A stretch of DNA of 46,869 nt from Phocaeicola sp. Its GTDB lineage: Bacteria > Bacteroidota > Bacteroidia > Bacteroidales > Bacteroidaceae. Numbering within the stretch: the stretch's first letter is position 1; each line of letters opens with the position of its first letter. A program made the position numbers and the translations under genes. Below the pieces are notes generated by a model that saw nothing but the letters and a program-made list of their open reading frames with translations, did not search any database and was not told the DNA's origin. Positions 18,768 through 28,676 of the stretch are shown here, one piece after another. The stretch is from positions 1 through 46,869 of the forward strand of contig NZ_DBEXBB010000129.1 of assembly GCF_048170425.1 (NCBI RefSeq). Direction: 5' to 3'.

Positions 18768-18775
18768 CAAAGATA
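18768..18775 (-). promoter_or_regulatory. -7 promoter element TATCTTTG for the TPR-vor operon
   Basis: + strand CAAAGATA 27 nt upstream of the TPR ATG. Confidence 0.65.
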
Positions 18776-19031
18776 GTCTTTAATTTGGTACGAGAGTCAT
18801 TTTTGCAGAATAAATAGTAAAAATTGCCGAATTTTCTTCTACTGAAGGATGCGCAACATTCTGGTTTATAAGGTATTTCAATACTCTTGATTTTGTTTCA
18901 ATTGAAAAAGATGCATATCTAACTAACCATATGAAATAAAGAGACGGGTAACAGGTTTGTTGGATGTTGTAAGTTTTTATCAAAAGTTTATTGAATGCGC
19001 GAAATATATTTGATTATGTTATTATTTCTCT

Positions 19032-19039
19032 TAACTTTG
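19032..19039 (+). promoter_or_regulatory. -7 promoter element TAACTTTG
   Basis: TAnnTTTG match 54 nt upstream of ATG 19094. Confidence 0.65.
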
Positions 19040-19093
19040 TGGCAATTTATTCACAAAGCAAACAACTAAATAATTAACTTATCAGAAAGAATT

Positions 19094-21388
19094 ATGAACA
19101 AGATTCTTCAGAAGGAACATTTTTCCGAAAAGGTTTTCAAACTGGTGATTGAGGCTCCGTTGATTGCAAAGTCGCGTAAGGCGGGACATTTTGTCATTGT
19201 CCGTGTAGGCGAGAAGGGGGAACGTATGCCTTTGACCATTGCAGCAGCCGATCCGGTGAAGGGAACCATTACGTTGGTAGTGCAGGAGGTAGGACTTTCG
19301 TCTACCCGTCTGTGCGAACTGAATGTGGGTGATTACATTACAGACGTGGTAGGTCCGCTGGGAAAGGCTACTCATATTGAAAACTTCGGGACAGTGGTTT
19401 GTGCCGGAGGTGGTGTAGGTGTGGCTCCGATGTTACCTATCGTGCAGGCATTGAAGGCTGCAGGAAACCGGGTCATTACCGTGCTGGCCGGACGTACCAA
19501 GGAACTGATTATTCTTGAAAAGGAAATGCGTGAGAGCTCGGACGAAGTGATTATCATGACGGACGACGGTTCTTACGGACAGAAAGGTCTGGTTACGGAA
19601 GGGGTAGAAGCAATTATCAAGCGTGAAAAGGTGGATAAGTGTTTTGCCATTGGTCCGGCCATCATGATGAAGTTTGTCTGCCTGCTGACGAAGAAATACA
19701 ATATTCCGACCGATGTGTCGCTGAACACCATCATGGTGGATGGTACAGGTATGTGTGGTGCTTGCCGTATCACCGTGGGCGGAAAGACGAAGTTCGTATG
19801 CGTGGATGGTCCGGAATTCGACGGCCATCAGGTGGACTTCGACGAAATGCTGAAACGCATGGGGGCTTTCAAGGATATTGAGCGTGAAGAAATTCATAAA
19901 CTGGATACCAAACCTGCAACTTGTGAAGCTGAACAGGCTGCTTCCGGACGAAACGCTGAATGGCGTGAAGCGTTGCGCAAGAGCATGAAGCCGAAAGAAC
20001 GTGTGGCTATTCCGCGCGTGAAGATGAACGAACTGGATCCGGAATACCGTTCACACAGCCGCAAGGAAGAAGTGAATCTGGGACTGAGCGAAGAGCAGGC
20101 GCTGACAGAAGCCAAGCGTTGTCTGGACTGTGCCAATCCTTCTTGTATGGAAGGCTGTCCGGTGGGTATTGATATTCCGGGCTTTGTCAAGAACATCGAA
20201 CGTGGAGAATTCCTGGAAGCTGCGCGTACGCTGAAAAAGACCAGTGCGCTTCCGGCCGTATGTGGACGTGTCTGTCCGCAGGAAAAGCAGTGTGAATCGA
20301 AATGTATTCACCTGAAGATGGGACACGAAGCGGTGGCTATCGGTTACCTGGAACGTTTTGCAGCTGACTATGAACGTGAAAGCGGACAGATTTCAGTGCC
20401 TGAAATTGCAGCTAAGAACGGTATCAAGATCGCAGTAGTGGGTTCAGGACCTGCCGGATTATCGTTTGCAGGCGATATGGCCAAGATGGGTTACGATGTA
20501 ACCGTGTTCGAGGCGCTGCATGAAATAGGTGGGGTATTGAAATACGGTATTCCGGAATTCCGTCTGCCGAACAAGATTGTGGATGTGGAAATCGAAAACT
20601 TGTCCAAGATGGGAGTGACTTTCGTGAAGGACTGCATCATAGGCAAGACTATCAGCGTGGAAGACCTCGAAAGCGAAGGCTTCAAGGGTATCTTCGTGGC
20701 TTCGGGTGCCGGACTGCCTAACTTCATGAACATTCCGGGCGAGAACTCCATCAACATCATGTCTTCGAATGAGTACCTGACACGTGTGAACCTGATGGAT
20801 GCGGCCAGCGAAGATGCCGATACTCCGGTGACATTCGGTAAGCGAGTAGCTGTAATCGGTGGTGGAAATACAGCGATGGACTCTGTACGTACAGCACGTC
20901 GTCTGGGAGCGGAGAAGGCGATGATTATTTACCGTCGTTCGGAAGCAGAAATGCCGGCCCGCCTGGAAGAAGTGAAGCATGCCAAGGAAGAAGGTGTGGA
21001 ATTCCTGACACTGCACAATCCGATAGAATACATTGCCGATGAGAAGGGACGTGTAAAACAGGTGGTACTTCAGAAGATGGAATTGGGTGAGCCTGATGCT
21101 TCCGGTCGTCGTAGTCCGGTTGCCATTCCGGGAGCCACTGTAACTCTCGACATTGACATGGCCATTGTCAGTGTAGGTGTATCACCTAACCCGATTGTGC
21201 CGAATTCTATTCCGGGACTGGAATTAGGACGCAAGGGAACCATTGCTGTCAACGATGACATGCAGTCGTCTATCCCGACCATCTATGCCGGTGGTGACAT
21301 CGTGCGTGGAGGAGCCACTGTAATCTTGGCGATGGGTGACGGACGCCGTGCGGCTGCTGCCATGGATCGCCAGCTTCGTCAGGCATAA
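19094..21388 (+). CDS. Fused PyrK-like/GltD-like oxidoreductase (NfnAB/SudAB-type ferredoxin:NAD(P) transhydrogenase; often annotated NADPH glutamate synthase)
   Basis: N-part ERMPLTI, GGGVGVAP, DGTGMCGACR..CVDGPEF (2Fe-2S); C-part EAKRCLDC..C..GCP, CGRVCP, GSGPAG, GGGNTAMD, YRR, AGGD. Confidence 0.9.
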   Translation: MNKILQKEHFSEKVFKLVIEAPLIAKSRKAGHFVIVRVGEKGERMPLTIAAADPVKGTITLVVQEVGLSSTRLCELNVGDYITDVVGPLGKATHIENFGTVVCAGGGVGVAPMLPIVQALKAAGNRVITVLAGRTKELIILEKEMRESSDEVIIMTDDGSYGQKGLVTEGVEAIIKREKVDKCFAIGPAIMMKFVCLLTKKYNIPTDVSLNTIMVDGTGMCGACRITVGGKTKFVCVDGPEFDGHQVDFDEMLKRMGAFKDIEREEIHKLDTKPATCEAEQAASGRNAEWREALRKSMKPKERVAIPRVKMNELDPEYRSHSRKEEVNLGLSEEQALTEAKRCLDCANPSCMEGCPVGIDIPGFVKNIERGEFLEAARTLKKTSALPAVCGRVCPQEKQCESKCIHLKMGHEAVAIGYLERFAADYERESGQISVPEIAAKNGIKIAVVGSGPAGLSFAGDMAKMGYDVTVFEALHEIGGVLKYGIPEFRLPNKIVDVEIENLSKMGVTFVKDCIIGKTISVEDLESEGFKGIFVASGAGLPNFMNIPGENSINIMSSNEYLTRVNLMDAASEDADTPVTFGKRVAVIGGGNTAMDSVRTARRLGAEKAMIIYRRSEAEMPARLEEVKHAKEEGVEFLTLHNPIEYIADEKGRVKQVVLQKMELGEPDASGRRSPVAIPGATVTLDIDMAIVSVGVSPNPIVPNSIPGLELGRKGTIAVNDDMQSSIPTIYAGGDIVRGGATVILAMGDGRRAAAAMDRQLRQA

Positions 21389-21415
21389 AAACAAACTTAA
21401 AATTTAGTCATAAAA

Positions 21416-21541
21416 AAACGCTTTGACGTTTGTAACAGAACGTCGAAGCGTTTCCTTTAAAACGCACTTGCGTTTAAGGTAAAACGTCGAAGCGTTTAAA
21501 ACAAAACGTCCTTGTGTTTCGGTTGAAGCGCAAGGACGTTT
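21416..21541. repeat. Six-unit 22-bp-period palindromic array (AAACG-N6-CGTTT-N6), probably also a bidirectional terminator
   Basis: Units start at 21416, 21438, 21460, 21482, 21504, 21526; units 1/2 and 5/6 pair as hairpins flanked by A/T tracts between convergent genes. Confidence 0.85.
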
Positions 21542-21554
21542 TTTCTATGTGATA

Positions 21555-22598
21555 TTACTGACGCAGCAGTGTGCGTGTGATTTCGCCTGTATACATGGTG
21601 TATGACTTACTGCTGTCAGCCTGAATGTTAAGTGATTTCAGGTCATCAGCCGTCATTTTTTGGTTCATTGACTTCTTGCATTCAATAACTGCTGTCGGCT
21701 GGGAGGCACCTTGTGCATAGAATGAAATCTTGTATTCGCTGCACTGTTCCATCAGAGCGCTGAGCGCAATACGGTCTTGGGCAATCAGCAGGTAAGCCAC
21801 GTTCTTGTTGAACAGTTTGCCAAAACCTCCCCAGTTTTCCGCCTTGATTTCGATTTCTTCCTCGTTGGCAGTCAAGGTGATGCGTCCGTTTTGTAGCTGG
21901 TTGTTCCAGCTGTTTGAAAATTGTGCTACAGGTACTTCCTTCAGTTCGCCGGTCAGGGCCATGGCCGGAGTCAGAGGTGTGGCCGGAACTACAGCCGGAG
22001 CTGCTTCGTTAGCCAGTACCTTTTGTCCTAATGCATCGGTAGCCGACTGGAAAAGCTGGTCCTTCAGGTTAATGGTCTCACGACGGAATTTTCCGCAGAT
22101 AGGAGCCAGCTTCGTTTTCTTCTTGTTCAGCGCCATGTCATCGGTAATCCATTCTTCGGCGGTATATTTATCTCCTCCATCACGGTTTTCGTCATACCAG
22201 TAGCGGATGCGGGTCATGGTCATGCGGCATACACCATCGGTAACATTAATAAGATACTGGTAGTAGATGCGGGTGCGGTCCAGTGAAAGAGCCGAAGAAG
22301 AGAACACAATATATTCTTCGGCTGAGGCGGCTATGTCGCCTTCTTCTTCATTGGTGTAGACTACGCGGCTCTGCAGTTTCCCGTCAGATTTAAAACGGTT
22401 ATTGGCCCATTCCAGCATTTGTTTGTAGAGTTGCTCCTTGGAGAGTGATGGAGCCTTGATTTCATGGCGGAAAGTCACTTTTCCATCCTCCAGTGTAATA
22501 GCTCCGGCCAGATATTTGGGGTCAGAGTTGTCTTTTTTATCCTTGGCCATTCCGAACAACGGCAGGCAGGTCAATAAGATGAATAATAATTTTTTCAT
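21555..22598 (-). CDS. DUF4468-like secreted protein
   Basis: Signal peptide MKKLLFILL, DPKYLAGA, EYIVFSSSALSLDRT, AEEWITDD, GKFRRETI. Confidence 0.7.
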   Translation of the reverse strand: MKKLLFILLTCLPLFGMAKDKKDNSDPKYLAGAITLEDGKVTFRHEIKAPSLSKEQLYKQMLEWANNRFKSDGKLQSRVVYTNEEEGDIAASAEEYIVFSSSALSLDRTRIYYQYLINVTDGVCRMTMTRIRYWYDENRDGGDKYTAEEWITDDMALNKKKTKLAPICGKFRRETINLKDQLFQSATDALGQKVLANEAAPAVVPATPLTPAMALTGELKEVPVAQFSNSWNNQLQNGRITLTANEEEIEIKAENWGGFGKLFNKNVAYLLIAQDRIALSALMEQCSEYKISFYAQGASQPTAVIECKKSMNQKMTADDLKSLNIQADSSKSYTMYTGEITRTLLRQ

Positions 22599-22743
22599 GA
22601 TTGGTATCAAAGTTTTTTATAGTATGAAATAGTATATCTTAAAGATAGCATGTGTAAAGATAGGTATTTTTTTTAACTGCGGTGTAGGAATAGGATTTCT
22701 TATTATTTTTTTGTGAAACAATTATACATTTCAGTAAAAACAG

Positions 22744-22779
22744 CAAAGCCCGTTTCCCTTTTCAGGAAAACAGGCTTTG
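22744..22779 (-). terminator. Terminator after rpiB
   Basis: CAAAGCC..TTTCC/GGAAA..GGCTTTG inverted repeat followed by CTGTTTTT on the minus strand. Confidence 0.6.
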
Positions 22780-22825
22780 TACGTATTTCTATCAAATAGA
22801 ACCTCTCCGAAGCAGGAGCAGGGGA

Positions 22826-23260
22826 TTATCGAACGGGAATCTTGTCGATGCGTGTCTGATGGCGTCCGCCTTCAAAATCTGTGGTGAAGAATTCCGTCAT
22901 AATCTTGTCGGCCATTGCTTCATCAATGAAACGTCCCGGCATTACCAGTACGTTGGCATTGTTATGCTGACGAGCCAGATGAGCGATTTCCGGAATCCAG
23001 CACAACGCGGCACGAATGCCCTGATGCTTGTTCAGGGTGATACCGATTCCTTCACCGCTTCCGCAGATGGCAATTCCCGGATAGCATTCTCCGTTCTCTA
23101 CTGCCAAAGCCAGCGGGTGAGCAAAGTCGGGATAGTCACAACTGTCGGTTGTGTAGGTCCCGAAATCTTTGTATTCCCATCCTTTGGCTTCCAGCCATTT
23201 TTTTACGTATTGTTTCAATTCAAATCCGGCATGGTCGGATGCAAGTCCTATTGTTTTCAT
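22826..23260 (-). CDS. rpiB: Ribose-5-phosphate isomerase B
   Basis: ASDHAG, DYPD, CGSGEG, ARQHNNAN, FEGGRH. Confidence 0.96.
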   Translation of the reverse strand: MKTIGLASDHAGFELKQYVKKWLEAKGWEYKDFGTYTTDSCDYPDFAHPLALAVENGECYPGIAICGSGEGIGITLNKHQGIRAALCWIPEIAHLARQHNNANVLVMPGRFIDEAMADKIMTEFFTTDFEGGRHQTRIDKIPVR

Positions 23261-25275
23261 CAGAGCATTTCTTTTACTTGGTTATATACATTTTCAGCAG
23301 TGAAGCCCAGCTTTTCATCCAGTACTTTGTAAGGAGCAGAGAAACCGAATGATTCCAATCCCCAAATCTTGCCGTTGGCACCTACCAGACCTAGCAAGTT
23401 AACTGGCAGACCAGCTGTTAAACCAAATACCTTAGCTCCACTCGGAAGAATGCTTTCCTGATATTCCTTGCTCTGGCTGCGGAACAGACCTTCTGACGGA
23501 ACAGACACGATACGAGTCTTCACACCGTCTTTGTGAAGCAGTTCAGCTCCAGCTACCAGTGTAGAGACTTCAGAACCTGAAGCTACCATGATGACATCCG
23601 GATTTTCGTCAGAACCAGCTACGATGTAAGCTCCCTTGGCAGCCTGTGAGTAGTCTGTACCTTCCGGCAGCAGAGTGATGTTCTGGCGAGACAGAATCAA
23701 AGCCGACGGAGTATCGGTATTTTCCATAGCCAGTTTCCAGCAGACAGTAGTTTCTTCTGCATCGGCCGGACGAAGTACCAGCATAGAGTTCTTTCCGTGG
23801 TGGTTTTTCAGTTTTTCCATCAGGCGGATTTGTGCTTCTTGTTCTACCGGTTCGTGGGTAGGACCGTCTTCACCAACGCGGAATGCATCGTGTGTCCAGA
23901 TGAATTTCACTGGTAACTGCATGAGGGCAGCCATACGTACGGCAGGTTTCATGTAGTCTGAGAATACGAAGAATGTACCGCAGGCAGCGATAACACCACC
24001 GTGCAGTGCCATACCGATACAGCAGCAAGCCATAGTCAGTTCGGCTACTCCGGCCTGGAAGAAGGCACCGCTGAAGTCACCGTTAACAAATGCATGAGTC
24101 TTTTTCAGGAAACCGTCAGTCTTGTCAGAGTTAGACAAGTCGGCAGAAGCACAGATCATGTTAGGAACCTGCTGTGCCAATGCACCCAATACAGTGGCAG
24201 ATGCGTTACGAGTTGCATCGTTTGCTTTCTGCTGGATACCTGCCCAGTCTACTTTCGGAGCAGCTCCGCTGAACCATTCTTTCAGCTGAGCTGCTTTTTC
24301 CGGATTGGCTGCAGCCCATGCAGCTTCTTCCTCATAACGTGCAGCTACGATGGTCTTCAGTTCTTCTTCACGTTTTGCGTAAATCTCTTTTACGTCGTCG
24401 AAGATAACGAACGGATTTTCAGGGTCAGCCCCCAAGTTAATCATGGTGTTCTTGTAAGCGTCGCCACCCAGAGGAGCACCGTGAGTCTTACAGTTGTGTT
24501 CGTATGAAGAGTTGTCATCTTTGCGGGCACCCTTACCCATGATACATTTACCGATAATCAGCGTCGGGCGTTTGCTTTCTGCTTTTGCCGCATCCAGTGC
24601 AGTACGGATTTGTTCGCAGTCGTTACCGTTGATTTCGATGACATTCCATCCCCATGCACGGTATTTCATGGCTGTATCTTCAGAGATGACATCCTTTGTT
24701 TCTGTAGAAAGCTGGATGTCATTTGAGTCATAGAACATAATCAGGTTATCCAGACCCAGGTGTCCGGCGATACGGCCTGCACCCTGAGAGATTTCTTCCT
24801 GAATACCACCGTCAGAGATATAAGCGTAGATAGTTTCTTTATTGAAAGTAGGATTGCCAGTACGAGCTGCAAGGAATTTGGCAGCGATGGCAGCACCTAC
24901 AGCAAATACGTGTCCTTGTCCCAGCGGGCCAGAAGTGTTTTCAATGCCGCGCATTACGTCTACTTCAGGATGTCCCGGAGTAGGAGAGCCCCACTGACGT
25001 AATTGTTTTAATTCGTCTAATGTAAATTTACCGATAAGAGCCAATTGTGAGTACAACATCGGTGACATGTGGCCCGGGTCCAGGAAGAAACGGTCACGTC
25101 CTTCCCATTTCGGATTCTGAGGATCATATTGCAGGTACTCTGCATACAGGACATTGATGAAGTCGGCTCCGCCCATTGCACCTCCGGGGTGTCCGGACTT
25201 TGCTTTTTCAACCATTGAAGCAGCTAAAATACGAATATTATCAGCAGCGTGGTTCATTACTTGTTTGCTGTTCAT
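23260..25275 (-). CDS. tkt: Transketolase
   Basis: SGHPGG, GHPE, SGPLGQG, DGGIQE TPP motif, THD..VGEDGPTHEP; start set at MNSKQ. Confidence 0.96.
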   Translation of the reverse strand: MNSKQVMNHAADNIRILAASMVEKAKSGHPGGAMGGADFINVLYAEYLQYDPQNPKWEGRDRFFLDPGHMSPMLYSQLALIGKFTLDELKQLRQWGSPTPGHPEVDVMRGIENTSGPLGQGHVFAVGAAIAAKFLAARTGNPTFNKETIYAYISDGGIQEEISQGAGRIAGHLGLDNLIMFYDSNDIQLSTETKDVISEDTAMKYRAWGWNVIEINGNDCEQIRTALDAAKAESKRPTLIIGKCIMGKGARKDDNSSYEHNCKTHGAPLGGDAYKNTMINLGADPENPFVIFDDVKEIYAKREEELKTIVAARYEEEAAWAAANPEKAAQLKEWFSGAAPKVDWAGIQQKANDATRNASATVLGALAQQVPNMICASADLSNSDKTDGFLKKTHAFVNGDFSGAFFQAGVAELTMACCCIGMALHGGVIAACGTFFVFSDYMKPAVRMAALMQLPVKFIWTHDAFRVGEDGPTHEPVEQEAQIRLMEKLKNHHGKNSMLVLRPADAEETTVCWKLAMENTDTPSALILSRQNITLLPEGTDYSQAAKGAYIVAGSDENPDVIMVASGSEVSTLVAGAELLHKDGVKTRIVSVPSEGLFRSQSKEYQESILPSGAKVFGLTAGLPVNLLGLVGANGKIWGLESFGFSAPYKVLDEKLGFTAENVYNQVKEML

Positions 25276-25346
25276 ATAACTAAAGTTTGATTTGTATGCT
25301 ACATAAAATACGGGTGGCATAGGTCACCCGCTTTTTAAATTATGAG

Positions 25347-25354
25347 CAAAGGTA
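25347..25354 (-). promoter_or_regulatory. -7 promoter element TACCTTTG for tkt-rpiB
   Basis: + strand CAAAGGTA in the araB-tkt intergenic region. Confidence 0.65.
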
Positions 25355-25408
25355 TGACATTTATATGTAAATTACAAAGTGGAAATAACTTATTTATTTC
25401 ACATTTTT

Positions 25409-27004
25409 TTACTTCTTGTATTTTACCGCTGCTTCTTCCACAGGCAGACAAGCCTTGTAGTTTTCAATATACTCATTGAATCCAGCCACGTCTTCTGCCG
25501 TAGGAGATACTTCTACGCCAGCATTCCCGGCAAACACTTTGTCGTCGAGGAAGTCAGCCAGTGACTGCTTCTTGTCATTGTTCACCAGATAAGAACCTAA
25601 CAGCGCAATACCCCATGCACCACCTTCTCCCGCGGTTTCCATGACGGAAATCGGAGAATTGATGGCTGCAGCAAGTACTCTTTGACCTACACCTTTGGTA
25701 CGGAACAGACCTCCGTGACCGGTAATGCGGTCTACTTTGATTTTTTCTTCGTTGAAGAGGATGTCATTTCCAATCTTCAGTACGCCTACAGATGCATACA
25801 AGTGTGCACGCATAAAGTTAGCCAAGTTGAATTTGTCGCTTGCTGTACGTACGAACAACGGACGTCCTTCTGTAAGCCCGGTTACAGGTTCGCCAGAGAA
25901 ATAGTTGTAAGAAATCAGTCCGCCGCAATTAGCGTCACCCGTCAGTGCGTGGTTATACAGTTTGCCGAAAATCTCATCCATGTCTACCGGCATACCCATC
26001 AGTTCCTGGTATTCCTTGAACAGGTTTACCCATGCATTCAGGTCGGAAGTACAGTTGTTGCAGTGTACCATGGCTACCAGACTTCCGTCCGGAGTGGTTA
26101 CCATGTCAATCATTTCGTAAGGTTTAGACAGGTCTTTTTCCAGTACAATCATAGAGAAAGAAGAAGTACCAGCCGATACATTACCTGTGCGCTGTTTTAC
26201 GGCATTGGTAGCTACCATCCCTGTTCCGGCATCACCTTCTGGCGGACATACAGGTACACCTGCTTTCAGATGACCTGATACGTCGAGTTTCTTGGCGCCT
26301 TCTTCAGTCAGGCAGCCGGCATTTTCTCCTGCCAGCAATACTTTGGGCAGAATGTCTGTCAGTTTCCAGCTATATCCGTAAGGAGCGACTAACTTGTCGA
26401 ACTTTTCAATCATTTCGGCAGAGTAGTTCTTTGTTTCAGGGTCGATAGGAAGCATACCTGAAGCATCACCGATACCCAGAACTTTTTCGCCGGTAATCTG
26501 CCAGTGCACGTAACCAGCCAGTGTCGTGAAGAAAGTGATGTCCTTCACATGTTCTTCCTTGTTCAGGATAGCCTGATAGAGGTGAGAGATACTCCATCTT
26601 AACGGAATGTTATAAACAAAGAGTTCAGACAGTTCGGCAGCTGCTTTTCCGGTGTTGGTATTTCTCCAGGTACGGAACGGTACGAGGATTTCTTCTTTGT
26701 CATTGAAAGCCATGTAGCCGTGCATCATGGCACTGATGCCGATGGCTGCCAAGTTTTCTATTTCGATGCCGTACTGGCTTTTTACGTTCGCGCGAAGGTC
26801 AGCGTAGCAGTCCTGCACTCCAGCCCAGATTGCTTCAATGCTGTAGGTCCAGAGTCCGTCTTCCAGCTGGTTTTCCCAGGTGTGGCTTCCCTGAGCAATA
26901 GGTTTGTTTTCCTGGTCAATCAAGACAGCTTTGATTCTGGTAGAACCGAATTCAATACCCAGAATGGCTTTACCTGCCTCAATGGTTGACTTTGCATCTT
27001 TCAT
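25409..27004 (-). CDS. araB: FGGY-family L-ribulokinase
   Basis: LGIEFGSTRIKA, GISAMMHG, PEGDAGTG, SAGTS; context with araA and araD. Confidence 0.85.
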   Translation of the reverse strand: MKDAKSTIEAGKAILGIEFGSTRIKAVLIDQENKPIAQGSHTWENQLEDGLWTYSIEAIWAGVQDCYADLRANVKSQYGIEIENLAAIGISAMMHGYMAFNDKEEILVPFRTWRNTNTGKAAAELSELFVYNIPLRWSISHLYQAILNKEEHVKDITFFTTLAGYVHWQITGEKVLGIGDASGMLPIDPETKNYSAEMIEKFDKLVAPYGYSWKLTDILPKVLLAGENAGCLTEEGAKKLDVSGHLKAGVPVCPPEGDAGTGMVATNAVKQRTGNVSAGTSSFSMIVLEKDLSKPYEMIDMVTTPDGSLVAMVHCNNCTSDLNAWVNLFKEYQELMGMPVDMDEIFGKLYNHALTGDANCGGLISYNYFSGEPVTGLTEGRPLFVRTASDKFNLANFMRAHLYASVGVLKIGNDILFNEEKIKVDRITGHGGLFRTKGVGQRVLAAAINSPISVMETAGEGGAWGIALLGSYLVNNDKKQSLADFLDDKVFAGNAGVEVSPTAEDVAGFNEYIENYKACLPVEEAAVKYKK

Positions 27005-27051
27005 ATTAAAATCGATTAATTAAAGTGAGAAATAAGGCAATATAAAAAATT

Positions 27052-27091
27052 AAAAGTGCTGCCAGAAAGAAATCTTCTGTCCAGCACTTTT
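27052..27091 (-). terminator. Hairpin between araA and araB
   Basis: AAAAGTGCTG...CAGCACTTTT inverted repeat with A/T tracts on both sides. Confidence 0.65.
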
Positions 27092-27111
27092 AAGATATAC
27101 TTGGTTAAGTA

Positions 27112-28638
27112 TTAGCAAAGAGCTTTGTTCAGCATGTAGTATACTTCGTTCATGCGAAGTTCTTTCTTGAAGCTGTCGATAGTAGTATCTTTGTTGATAT
27201 GTACCATTTCGATACCAGCAATTTCAGCATAGTCTTCCCAGTATTCTGCGGTCAGGTCGTATGAGAAACAAGAGTGGTGAGTACCACCAGCCAGAATCCA
27301 TGCACCCGCGCCGATTTCGAAGTTAGGCATCGGTTTCCAGAGAGCAGAAGCAACCGGCAATTTCGGCAGTGGTTTTGGTTCGATACATTCTACATCGTTT
27401 ACAATCAGACGGAAGCGGTTGCCCATGTCTACTACGGTAGCAGTACATCCTGTACCTACCTTAGAAGTGAAGACAAGACGTGCAGTCTGGCTCTTGCGCA
27501 CGCCGATACCGAGGAAGTGTACTTCCAGACGAGGTTTCTTAGCAGCAATCATCGGACAAACTTCCAACATGTGAGCCTGAAGGATAGAGCTGTTTTCACC
27601 GTCGAAGTTCAGTGTGTAGTCTTCCAGGAAAGAGCATCCATTAGGCAATCCCTGGTTCATTACCCATACTGTACGATACAGAGCAGCCGATTTCCAGTCA
27701 CCTTCTGCACCGAAGCCATATCCTTCTGCCATCAGGCGCTGTGAAGCCAGTCCCGGAATCTGGTCGAAATAGCTTCCGTCAGTCTGACCCAGGTCGTCGA
27801 AATTAGTAGTGAAACCTTTGGCGCCTTTTGCTTTCAGGATAGCACGCAGAGCCAGTTCAGCTTTCGCGGCATTCCATACTTTCTGGTATGCTTCAGAAGC
27901 TTTGTCTTCCAGTTCAGCATCGTGGTCGTATTCATTGAAGTAAGTTTTTACAAGAGCTTCTACATCTTCGTCTTTTACTTCTTTGTGGTAGCTCATCAGT
28001 TCGCTTACCGGACAATAGTCTACGTGGTAACCCATGCGCTGTTCAGCTTCTACCTTGTCACCGTCTGTAACAGCTACGTTGTTCATCTGGTCGCCGAAAC
28101 GCAGAATCAGCATATCCTGAGAATCTGCCCATGCAGCACATACGCGCATCCATACTGCAATCTTAGACAACGTGTTTTCGTCTTTCCAGTAACCAACTAC
28201 TACTTTGCGGCGTACACGCATACGAGCGCAGATGTGACCAAATTCACGGTCGCCGTGAGCAGACTGGTTCAAGTTCATGAAGTCCATATCCATGGTATCC
28301 CAAGGAATTTCCTTGTTGAACTGAGTGTGCAGGTGGAGCAACGGTTTCTTCAATTGCTGCAAGCCGTGAATCCACATTTTAGCAGGAGAGAAAGTATGCA
28401 TCCAAGTGATTACACCGATACATTTTTCTTCGTTGTTGGCTGCTTTGAACACTGCTTCTACTTCTTTTGAGGAGTTTGCAGTTCCTTTATATACTACTTT
28501 CACAGGCAGTTTGCCGCTAGCATTCAAACCTGCTACCATTTCGTTACTGTGTGCGTCTACTGCGATAACTGCATCGCCTCCGTAAAGGAGCTGAGCTCCG
28601 GTTACGAACCATACTTCATATTGATCAAATGCGTTCAT
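27112..28638 (-). CDS. araA: L-arabinose isomerase
   Basis: WMHTFSPAKMW, LNQSAHGDREFG, GFGAEGDWK, HMLEVCP, AGGTHH. Confidence 0.97.
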   Translation of the reverse strand: MNAFDQYEVWFVTGAQLLYGGDAVIAVDAHSNEMVAGLNASGKLPVKVVYKGTANSSKEVEAVFKAANNEEKCIGVITWMHTFSPAKMWIHGLQQLKKPLLHLHTQFNKEIPWDTMDMDFMNLNQSAHGDREFGHICARMRVRRKVVVGYWKDENTLSKIAVWMRVCAAWADSQDMLILRFGDQMNNVAVTDGDKVEAEQRMGYHVDYCPVSELMSYHKEVKDEDVEALVKTYFNEYDHDAELEDKASEAYQKVWNAAKAELALRAILKAKGAKGFTTNFDDLGQTDGSYFDQIPGLASQRLMAEGYGFGAEGDWKSAALYRTVWVMNQGLPNGCSFLEDYTLNFDGENSSILQAHMLEVCPMIAAKKPRLEVHFLGIGVRKSQTARLVFTSKVGTGCTATVVDMGNRFRLIVNDVECIEPKPLPKLPVASALWKPMPNFEIGAGAWILAGGTHHSCFSYDLTAEYWEDYAEIAGIEMVHINKDTTIDSFKKELRMNEVYYMLNKALC

Positions 28639-28676
28639 AGTGATTTTATTTTAATGGGTTGATATTTGTTCTTATG

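Noticed and set aside
18780..18983. 67-aa minus-strand ORF in the divergent promoter region
   Set aside because: TTG start, AT-rich intergenic context, and the TPR gene has its own promoter downstream; no support for coding.
21416..21541. CRISPR array
   Set aside because: Period is only 22 bp with 6-bp variable parts; no cas genes or leader.
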